Source: Massalongia carnosa
Taxonomy: Eukaryota
Length of the DNA: 64,000 bases
Direction: 5' to 3'
Assembly (NCBI GenBank): GCA_965645245.1
Contig: OZ287082.1
Location: forward strand, 806,001 to 870,000
Position numbers and translations under genes: made by a program. The number at the start of each line of letters is the position of its first letter. Position 1 is the first letter of the stretch. The notes under the pieces were generated by a model that saw only the letters and a program-made list of their open reading frames with translations, was not told the DNA's origin and did not search any database. Below, piece after piece: positions 35,789 through 44,639 of this stretch.

Positions 35789-38700
35789 CCTCCACCGAAG
35801 GCGCGGATGGAGGTGAACCTTTGTTGATTTCATCTAGCTGTTTACCAGGCGATTTGTTTACGGATGAACCTCTAGTCATACAATGTAGGCTAGGTAACAG
35901 CGAAGAAATAATAGTAATGGGACTGTTGGACACGGGTGCAACAGGACACGCATTCATTGATGAAACGACTGCGCGTGAAGTTTGCGAAAAGCTTCAGATT
36001 TCCCCTCAGAGACTAACACGACCGAAACCGGTGAAAGGGTTCGATGGTAAAAGAGGTAAAGACATTACTCATGCCATCTATCCTACTCTTACCGTGCAAG
36101 ACCATATGGAAACGGTCGCCCCCCTGTTGATCACCAAACTCGGACAACACAAGATGATCCTCGGAAAACCGTGGATGAGGAAGCACGGGGTGATCATAGA
36201 CATGGCCACCGACCAGATAGTCTTTTGGCCCGGACACTGCACGCATTCGGGTATATCGAAGCCACCATCAGAAAAGAAGATAACGAAGACGACAAAAGAA
36301 CCCGCTGAACCGAAGAAGGCCATGAAAATCCTGACCAGAATGAATCAAAACGAACCTGGAAAAACCAGGCCAGAACCGGCAGTTTCAACCAAGACGATGT
36401 CGAACAAGGGACTATCAGAAGGACTATCAGACTCCGGAATCAAGGTTAAACCGACTACCGAGGAAAAGCCGCTAGAGATGGCGATGATAGGGGCCGCTGC
36501 GTACCGATTATTGTCCAAACAAAAGGACGTTGAATTATTTTCCATCTCATTGAAAGACATCGAGTACCAGCTGAATAAAGAAGACCGTCCCCCTACTGAC
36601 CCGAAGACCGTAGTTCCCCCAGATTACCATGAATTCCTGGATGTCTTTTCAAAGGCTGCATCCGACACGCTGGCACCTCACCGCCCCTATGATCATCGAA
36701 TCATTCTGGAAGGCGGAAAAGATCACGGACATAGCCCTCTCAGAAGCATGTCCCAAAAAGAGCTGGAATTCGTCAAGAAATACCTGGAAGAGAACCTCCG
36801 AAAAGGGTTCATTGAGGCTAGCCACGCAGCTTGTTCGTCCCCAATTCTTTTGGCCAGAAAGCCCAATGGAGGACTTCGCTTTTGTGTCGACTATAGAAGG
36901 CTGAACCAGCTGTCAAAGAAAGACCGCTATCCAATCCCGCTGATCGAGGAAACACTGGCCCAGCTGAAGGAAGCTAAGATCTTTTCAAAAATTGACATCC
37001 GACAGGCGTTCCACAAGCTCCGAATGGCCATGGAATCTGAAGACCTGACCACGTTCAACTCCCGTTTTGGCGCTTATAAATACAAGGTATTACCGTTTGG
37101 ACTTTCCGGAGGACCGTCGACCTGGCAGCACTTCATCAATGATGTGTTGTTCGATTATCTGGACAAATTCTGCACGGCTTACCTGGATGACATTCTGATT
37201 TATAGCAAGAACCTGAAAGAGCATCGGGAACATGTGCGGGCCGTTTTGACAAAGCTTCGAGAGGCCGGACTTCAGGCTGACGTAGACAAATGTGAATTCC
37301 ATGTGACGGAAACGAAATATCTGGGACTGATCATAGGAGTTGATGGCATTCGCATGGACCCGGCCAAAATCAAAGCTATTCAGGAATGGGAAACCCCCAC
37401 CTGCCTACGTGAAGTTCGGTCGTTCATTGCTTTTTGCAATTTCTATCGTCGGTTCATCAGGGGTTTTTCAAAAATTGCCAAACCATTGAACGCCCTTACA
37501 AAGAAAGAACGGATATTCGAGTGGACCCCAGCATGTGAAAAGGCTTTCAGGACGTTACAGAAACGGATCGGTGAAGCCCCAATCCTCATACATTTCGACC
37601 GGAACAAGCAGTGCTACTTGGAAACGGACTCTTCGGACCATGTCAATGGAGGTGTGTTGTCCCAGATAGGAGACGACGGAGAACTTCACCCGGTAGCCTT
37701 CTTTTCAAAGAACATGAGCCCAGCGGAATGCAACTACGAAATCTATGACAAGGAACTGCTAGCAATCATTCGATGCTTTGAACAATGGAAGCCGGAACTC
37801 GAAAGCACGGAGTTACCAGTGAAAATCTTCACCGACCATCGTAGCCTGGAGTATTTTATGACCACGAAGAAACTAACTAGACGGCAAGCCCGATGGGCGG
37901 AGTTCCTTTCGGAGTTCAATTTCGTCATCACCTACCGACCTGGAAAGAAAAATGAAAAAGCAGACGCGCTAACCCGAAGGCCAAACGATAAGCCCCACGA
38001 CGATGATGATGAAAGGCAGCAGCACCAATTGCAGACGCTACTGCCCCCGGAAAGATTGGAACTTCAGCCCATTGAAGAAGCGACGGAACCAGAAGAAACG
38101 ACACGGAACGATGAACCCGACCCCGAACTCCCGACCCTCGACGAAAGAATCAAACAGGAAAACCTCGAAGACGAACTCTGCACCCGAATACGAAACGCGA
38201 TAAAGGAAGGAAACTCTGATGACGACTCTCTACCGGACATAAAGAACTGCACCGAGAAGAACGGACTGCTATACAAACGAAAGGGCTTATGGGTGCCGGA
38301 CAAGAAAGAGACCATCCTAGAGGTTATTCGGCAAATACACGACCAAGTGGCGGTAGGGCACCCCGGAATGGCCAGAACGGTGAATGTAATCGGCCGGAAC
38401 TACTATTGGCCAGGCATGAACAAGGACATACGCCGCTATGTGCGAAATTGCCATGTGTGTCGACGAGCCAAGGCCCCAAGGGACAAGTATAATGGACTGC
38501 TGAAACCGCTACCCATACCAGAAAGACCATGGATGGACATCACCCTAGACTACGTTACCGGCCTCCCGAAGAGCAATGGAAATGACGCCATCCTGATGGT
38601 AGTAGACCGACTGTCCAAAGAGAGACACTATATCCCATGCACATGTGATGAAGAAGGAACTACGTCCGAGGCCACAGCAAAACTCCTAGTGGACAACGTA

Positions 38701-39615
38701 TGGCGCTATCATGGACTCCCAAGCAGCATAGTATCGGACCGGGGCCCCCAATTCACATCAACAGTTTGGAAAGCCTGGTGTAAAATCCTTGGAATCACAG
38801 CGAAATTGTCCACAGCCTATCATCCAGAAACAGATGGACAAAGTGAAATCGCGAATCAGGAAATGGAACGTCACCTTCGGAGTTTCGTGAACTATAATCA
38901 GGACGACTGGGCGGACGTTCTTCCAATGGCGGAATTTGCCGCAAACAGCGCACCATCGGCCACTACCGGACTGTCACCATTCATGGCCACGAAAGGTTAT
39001 GAACCAAGGATGAGTTTCGACCCAATCGAACTGTCGTCAGAATCAACAAGGGAAAGGCTAGCCAATGGAAAAGCCCGAGCGATTACCAAGGACATGAAGA
39101 AAATCTGGGATTTCGTCAAACAAAATATGGGAAAGGCCCAAGAAAGGCAAATAACAGCAGCTGACCGACACCGAAGAGACGTCTCATATGAAGTAGGCGA
39201 CATGGTATGGTTATCTACTCGAAATATCAAGACAGAACGCACGTCCAAGAAATTGGACCATAAGATGATTGGACCCTATCGAGTCAAGAAGTTAGTAGGG
39301 TCATCCTGTCAACTAGAATTGCCACCATCAATGAAAATTCACGATGTCTTCCATACCAGCTTGCTTCGAAAGGCCTCAGACGACCCACTCCCAGGTCAGA
39401 TAAACGAGCCACCGCCACCCATAGTCGTAGAAGGTAGCGAAGAATGGGAACTTGATGACATTCTGGACTCACGAAAGCGGTACCGAAAGGTGCAATACAA
39501 GGTCAAATGGAAGGGAATTGACGAGGACCTGACATGGTATGATGCCGAAGGTTTCGAAAATGCAAAAGAAGTGGTGGAGGACTTCCATCAACGAAACCCA
39601 AATAAACCGCGATGA
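35785..39615 (+). CDS. pol: Gypsy pol (PR-RT-RNaseH-IN-chromodomain), intact, in the -1 frame relative to gag
   Basis: Motifs LLDTGAT, YLDD, ETDSSD, VSDRGPQF, DGQSE and WELDDILDSR..YKVKWKG. Slippery heptamer G GGA AAA at 35776-35782. Confidence 0.96.
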   Translation: MTSTEGADGGEPLLISSSCLPGDLFTDEPLVIQCRLGNSEEIIVMGLLDTGATGHAFIDETTAREVCEKLQISPQRLTRPKPVKGFDGKRGKDITHAIYPTLTVQDHMETVAPLLITKLGQHKMILGKPWMRKHGVIIDMATDQIVFWPGHCTHSGISKPPSEKKITKTTKEPAEPKKAMKILTRMNQNEPGKTRPEPAVSTKTMSNKGLSEGLSDSGIKVKPTTEEKPLEMAMIGAAAYRLLSKQKDVELFSISLKDIEYQLNKEDRPPTDPKTVVPPDYHEFLDVFSKAASDTLAPHRPYDHRIILEGGKDHGHSPLRSMSQKELEFVKKYLEENLRKGFIEASHAACSSPILLARKPNGGLRFCVDYRRLNQLSKKDRYPIPLIEETLAQLKEAKIFSKIDIRQAFHKLRMAMESEDLTTFNSRFGAYKYKVLPFGLSGGPSTWQHFINDVLFDYLDKFCTAYLDDILIYSKNLKEHREHVRAVLTKLREAGLQADVDKCEFHVTETKYLGLIIGVDGIRMDPAKIKAIQEWETPTCLREVRSFIAFCNFYRRFIRGFSKIAKPLNALTKKERIFEWTPACEKAFRTLQKRIGEAPILIHFDRNKQCYLETDSSDHVNGGVLSQIGDDGELHPVAFFSKNMSPAECNYEIYDKELLAIIRCFEQWKPELESTELPVKIFTDHRSLEYFMTTKKLTRRQARWAEFLSEFNFVITYRPGKKNEKADALTRRPNDKPHDDDDERQQHQLQTLLPPERLELQPIEEATEPEETTRNDEPDPELPTLDERIKQENLEDELCTRIRNAIKEGNSDDDSLPDIKNCTEKNGLLYKRKGLWVPDKKETILEVIRQIHDQVAVGHPGMARTVNVIGRNYYWPGMNKDIRRYVRNCHVCRRAKAPRDKYNGLLKPLPIPERPWMDITLDYVTGLPKSNGNDAILMVVDRLSKERHYIPCTCDEEGTTSEATAKLLVDNVWRYHGLPSSIVSDRGPQFTSTVWKAWCKILGITAKLSTAYHPETDGQSEIANQEMERHLRSFVNYNQDDWADVLPMAEFAANSAPSATTGLSPFMATKGYEPRMSFDPIELSSESTRERLANGKARAITKDMKKIWDFVKQNMGKAQERQITAADRHRRDVSYEVGDMVWLSTRNIKTERTSKKLDHKMIGPYRVKKLVGSSCQLELPPSMKIHDVFHTSLLRKASDDPLPGQINEPPPPIVVEGSEEWELDDILDSRKRYRKVQYKVKWKGIDEDLTWYDAEGFENAKEVVEDFHQRNPNKPR

Positions 39616-40294
39616 TCGCACTAATCGCATCGGTCACTTAGTCTCAGATTAAGCGGAGATAACGCGGACATTATCGCGGTCAGGTGACTCGCGATCTAAA
39701 GCGGGGGGTAGTGTCACGGTTCTACTCGGCACTACTTCGGTAGACTGGAGCGGAACAAGCCACAAGCCGAAGTCACGGGATCGCGTGTGCGCGCTAGACT
39801 CATCGCGGCATTCACGGTTTCCATAGCTGGTCAATGCTCGAACCTTCTAGATCCTTCCACGAGTCGGTCGAGGGCTAGGGGCCGCTGGACTATATAGGAG
39901 CGAGATTTGTCTTTCAATTGATCATTTCTTCTTCATCTTGATTGTATTCGTTTCTAGTGTCCCTATGACTTGTCTCTAGGTAGATCATAACAATTTGGAA
40001 GAATCATTGAAAGAATTCGATTTAGAAGCATCTTTTCAACCATGAGATGCGAATAATTGGTAGAATGCGGGGTATGCGGGGTATGCGGGGTATGCGGGGT
40101 ATGCGGGGTATGCGGGGTATGCGGAGTAAGCGGAGAATCACGAGGGTCAGGGGGTCAGGGGGGTCAAGGGAAATGATTTTGACGACGGTGATGATGACGG
40201 CGATAATTTTCAAGCTATGTACGGTAGCGACTGATTTTTAATCAATGTGGTTGTTGGTCAATGATCAAAAAGATGAAGAAATTTGAATTTGAGG

Positions 40295-40422
40295 GGATGC
40301 AACCGCTTTCCGGGATGCAACCGCTTTCCGGGATGCAACCGCTTTCCGGGATGCAACCGCTTTCCGGGATGCAACCGCTTTCCGGGATGCAACCGCTTTC
40401 CGGGATGCAACCGCTTTCCCGG
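40295..40422. repeat. 18-bp tandem repeat, 7 copies, inside the right TIR
   Basis: gggatgcaaccgctttcc x7. Only 2 copies in the left TIR. A 9-bp atgcggggt array lies at about 40065-40125. Confidence 0.92.
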
Positions 40423-40746
40423 ACTAAAATGCGGTCGACATTTTTTCAAGTCGGATCCCGGAGGTAAGCGAGCCGACGATTATTCAGTCTGAGAGGTCTC
40501 TGGAATTGGTTCAGACTCGTTTGAGCCTGCGCGTTTCTTTCGTAATTACACTGCAATTATTATTTCAAAAGGGTTTAGCGTACTTATACTGAGTCTGATT
40601 CATGAAACGGCGGCGTTTATGACTTTTTAAAGGAGTTTTTGGATCGATACGATGTACGCGTCAATTTCGGCGTGAGAATGTGAGGTAGTAATAAGGGTAG
40701 CCTATTTTTTAGTTTCCCTCAATTTTTTCTGTTTAATAACTTCCAT

Positions 40747-41002
40747 TGTCACGATTCTACCTTTTGCCTTTAGGAACTAAGCCTAATCGAGCACCTACGG
40801 AAACCGTAGACGGACCTGTCGGCCGGCCGGCAGGAGTCACGAGATAGCGCGGAAAACTCTTTCGCGACCTTACTAAATGGGGAATAGAGAGCGCGTTGCT
40901 TTATAGGGAACGAGTCTGACTTTTCGAGTCTTTCTTTCCTCTTTATCTTTATTGTTTTCGTTCATGGCGTCCCTATAACTAGCCTCTAGGTAGACCGTAA
41001 CA
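40747..41002 (+). mobile_element. Solo LTR related at its ends to LTR-A and LTR-B
   Basis: tgtcacgattctac...taggtagaccgtaaca. Absent at the paralogous site near 12100. Confidence 0.8.
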
Positions 41003-41118
41003 TTTATGTCCTACGCTCAATAATTGGTTGAGGCTCACTGTCAAGTGTTATTTGGGTCGAGATTGAGGTATTATCGGATGACTGATTGAGTTCAGGTCTT
41101 AACATGCAGTTTTATAAT

Positions 41119-41307
41119 TATCAAAAGGCAGTATAGTAGATAGAGGATAGAACGCTTGCTTTTATTCTATATAGTCTAGATTTATAGAAAATGTACGGTA
41201 TCCTAGTATTAGACTAGCGATACGTCTAGCCATTAAAGTGCGCCATACTCGTGCGGTAGAAGGTAAGTGCGGCTGAAATGAAGTAGCCTGATTTGTATAT
41301 TCTAACA
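41119..41307 (-). mobile_element. Solo LTR of the Copia-2 family (paralogue of 12214-12410)
   Basis: Reverse complement of 25928-26124. TSD ataat/ctaat. Confidence 0.83.
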
Positions 41308-41383
41308 CTAATCTTTCGGGTTAATTCTCCGATATGAATACAAGGTCGATAATGCTAAACAATTGTCTGGTCTCTTATGTGAT

Positions 41384-41870
41384 TACGCCGCGCAACGGGT
41401 CTGGTTGGTCGGGTTTTTTCTAGTCTAACCCGACCCGCTACCGGGTTGGGGAACCAGTAGGGCTCAACCTGCTGGGTTGGGGTCCTGTTCCCGGGTTAAC
41501 CCGTTTGACCCGTTCGACCCAGTGATTTTTTATGTCAATTTTAAAAGTGTTTTTTAGACGTTTTAAACATAATTGAAATTCCGAAAACCCCGAAAATTCC
41601 GAAAATTCCGAATATTCGTCGTTAAGAAATGATGAATAGTAAGCAAAATTTTTATCACTTTAAAAGTCATATTTTCGTCGAATTTTCATATTTAATTTAT
41701 AGAAAAAACTGACCGGGTTGAACGGTTTAACCCGGAAATCCGCATAAAAAATCCGAACCTGTAAGGTCGGATTCTAGTGGGTCCAACTCGACCCGAAAAC
41801 CCGACCTAAACCAGGCGGGTTTAACCCAACCTAAACCAGGCGGGTTTAACCCAACCCATTGCGTGGCGTA
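41384..41870. mobile_element. hAT-type MITE, long form
   Basis: TIR tacgccgcgcaacggg / cccattgcgtggcgta. TSD tatgtgat/catgtgat. Confidence 0.88.
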
Positions 41871-41944
41871 CATGTGATAGTGTCTTTTAATAATGTTAAT
41901 GATAGACTAAATACTTCAATTACATGAAACAGTTGATCTGCGCG

Positions 41945-42347
41945 TACGCCGCGCAACGGGTTAGGTTTGGGGAGGGTTTTCGGGTCAGGTTCGGGTTTTT
42001 TATGAGAGTTTCCGGGTTAAACCGTTCAACCCGGTCATTTTTTTTTGCAAATTAAAATATGAAAATGCAACGAAAATGTAACGTTTAAACTATAAATTTT
42101 GTGCTGACTAATCAACATTTCTTGATGACTAATATTCAGAATTTACAGAATTTTAAATGTGTTTAAAACGTCTAAAAAACACGTTTAAAGTTGACATAAA
42201 AAATCCACCGTGTCGAACGGGTCAATCGGGTTAACCCGGGAATGGTTCCCCAACCTACCGGGTAGAGCCCTATAGGTTCCCCAACCCGGTAGCGGGTCGG
42301 GTTCGACTAGTCAAAACCCGACCCAACCCGACCCGTTGCGCGGCGTG
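41945..42347. mobile_element. hAT-type MITE, long form, opposite orientation to 41384-41870
   Basis: Same TIRs. TSD tctgcgcg/tctgcacc (6/8). Internal sequence is inverted relative to the neighbour. Confidence 0.85.
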
Positions 42348-42491
42348 TCTGCACCCGCATGTTGCGTTGTTCTGAACGGATTTTTTCGAAGGAAATGATA
42401 TTTATTGACGTCGCCTAACAAAATATGATTTGATCCTGTCGGTAATGGACGTTTTACAATCAATAAAGTTGACGGACTTTCTAAAGAGGAA

Positions 42492-42738
42492 TGTCACGTG
42501 CGAGGGCCTGTAGTAATTCAGGTGGTGCAAACGTAGAACTTGATAACCCTACCCTGATTACCATGTTGACTTCGTCATGCTTTCGGCATGCACTTCCGCA
42601 ATGACATTACTTCATGACTGTTCCTAGCACTTTCAGAAGGCTAGTTCTTCCCGTTCCGATGTGACCTCAACAATAGTCAGCTAACAACCAGCTGTTCATA
42701 AAACGTAAGCCGAAACATGCTTCGTCACTTCCGTGACA
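42492..42738. mobile_element. Solo LTR (247 bp)
   Basis: tgtcacg...cgtgaca. TSD aggaa/agaaa. Homologous to 6775-7452. Confidence 0.75.
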
Positions 42739-42939
42739 AGAAATAGGAAGCGGGGAAAGGATTGTAAGCGTTATGAACGTGAATCACTTCTGATGTTTCT
42801 CTAATCTTTGCGCGTATTATTAGGGTGCACATTACGGTCATACATACAATTTTTATCATAGCTATGATGATGATGTTGTATTCATACTCCGATATGTCAC
42901 CGGCCGTAGGCCGGCCCATGCGGGCAAAGCTATCTAAGT

Positions 42940-43862
42940 TATGTTACATGGAAAACCTTTTTCAGGTGTAAAAACCATATCCCTTGATACCTGTCCGATG
43001 TGACACCAGGTCGACGTCGGACAGGAGACGCAGAGCGAAAATCATGTGAGAACTGTGACGCCTTGTGAGATAAGAAGGAAAAGAGAAGTGAAACTAGTGT
43101 TAATTGTACAATAGTGTAGATGCCAGTGAGAATTGGGTCAGTAGACCTGTTTTCATTAGCCAAGTAGTTAATATCTTTAGAGTTTTTGATGTTTCGGTCA
43201 GCTGTTGATAGTTGTTCGTGCCAGCGGCGCAAAACATCTGTTCTCTATTGTCAATAAGTCTACAGAACATAATTACATGTTCTGGTGTTTGTCTGTGCCA
43301 GCCACATGGGCAGGCCGGTGAGGTGACGGCGGGGACCCGTCGCTGGTAGAGGAAGTCAGCTAGACCGATCTTACCGGTGTGGATCTGTGTTGTCAGGGCG
43401 CTTTCTGCCTTTTTTAGCAGCGTGTGTATTTTCAGTCGTTTTTTGCTCAGTGAGACTGATTGCGCTATGGAGGGTTCGGTGACGCGCTCCACGACTCGTT
43501 CCAGACTTTCAGCTGTCGTGCTTTAATTGTCTGCATTTGTTTTTGACGAGCCAACGCTGCTACGTAGACTTCGCGGAGATGCGCTGGGGAGGGGTCGGAC
43601 CATGGTGGGTGTGCTTTGGGTGGTTGAACGATTTTTGCGTCGATCAGTAGGTTTTTGGCCCAGGTGTGCTTCAGCTCTCCCGGAGTGGGTTTTAGAAGGC
43701 GTTTGCGACCTGCCTTGCCTCGAAGTTTGTTAACTATTTTGCTGCATGCGGAAGAAATGACATTCGATTGACCTCCGGCTCGGAGTCGATGTCTGGCCTG
43801 CGCCTGTAGCGTGTCGAGGTGTACATCTATGGGTGCTATGTATGTCTCTGCTTCAAGAACTG
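42940..43862 (-). mobile_element. LINE (Tad1-like non-LTR retrotransposon) ORF2 3' end and 3' UTR
   Basis: ESALTTQIHTGKIGLADFLY...PACPCGWHRQTPEHVIMFC is a C-terminal CCHC region typical of fungal LINE ORF2. Confidence 0.85.
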
Positions 43863-43954
43863 GTTTATCATAGCTATATTGCTATAGTTATGATCATATC
43901 AGGCATCAAAAAATCACGATTTTCTTATCAAATATTGAGTGTTGAATTGAAAAC

Positions 43955-44575
43955 ATGAACACTCAACAACTAAACTCGTTCGCGGTCGCACACGCACAGC
44001 AGAGGGATCATCTGCTGTCTAGAATCATGGACTACCTCACAGAAGTAGGAGATGGGGGGGAACCGAAGGGGACCGAGGTCCTGAAGGAAGTGAGAGAATT
44101 TCTCCTAAATCAAAGGAATATTGACAATGATAACGATAAAACACCGTCCACCCTGAACAACACCCTAAGAGAAATTCAGCAAAGTCTTGCTCGCATCGAA
44201 GGCACAAAGCCAATCACAAAAGCAAACAACTACGCCGCTGCTGCAATTAGAGGCCAGGCCGTCGAGGCTCCACCGATTCCACGTTGCACTAAACCTACCG
44301 CACCCCTAAAACGCAATGAGCTCTCGCCTCAAGAAGTGCGAAAGGCTAGGGAAATCACCATCATCGTATCTAAAGAAACGGACAAAGAAAAACTAAAGAA
44401 CATGACCGCTAAAGATCTCGTGGAGACACTACAAGCAGAGACGGAAGGGATCCGGGGAGTGTCACGGCTTATCAGTGGAGACCTCAAAATTCACACTGAA
44501 TCTGCAGAGGCTAAAAAGGTTCTACAAGAGAACTCAGAATGGACCCAAAAGATAGCCGAATCTGCGGCAATAAAT
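43955..44575 (+). pseudogene. LINE ORF1 (gag-like) N-terminal fragment
   Basis: Coiled-coil, NYAAAA, AREITI and VSRLISGDLKIH motifs resemble fungal Tad1 ORF1. Truncated at the Mutator junction. Confidence 0.7.
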
Positions 44576-44639
44576 ATGAAATATAAATTCACTTTGTAGG
44601 TATAGTAGCATGATTGTCATTGAAGGTAATTATCTATAT

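Larger units (their letters stand above)
33259..39992 (+). mobile_element. Three-LTR Gypsy/chromovirus composite: LTR-A, short non-coding unit, LTR-B, gag-pol, LTR-A
   Basis: Identical 281-bp LTRs at 33259-33539 and 39712-39992. Different 251-bp LTR at 34066-34316 shares only the 3' ~70 bp. PPTs at about 34051-34065 and 39697-39711. Confidence 0.93.
32614..40480 (+). mobile_element. Fot1/pogo-like DNA transposon with long (about 185-275 bp) TIRs, interrupted by a Gypsy composite; catalytic region deleted
   Basis: TA-atcgtcggctcgcttacc...ggtaagcgagccgacgat-TA. Empty site near 11290. HTH-type N-terminal ORF 32879-33217. Confidence 0.88.
31298..41370 (+). repeat. Segmental duplication copy 2 (paralogue of 6178-12470), expanded by different insertions
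   Basis: Collinear homology as listed for copy 1. Confidence 0.88.

Noticed and set aside
40022..40492. Short ORFs with repetitive peptides (MRG, MQPLSG)
   Set aside because: Translation artefacts of the 9-bp and 18-bp tandem repeats in the transposon end.
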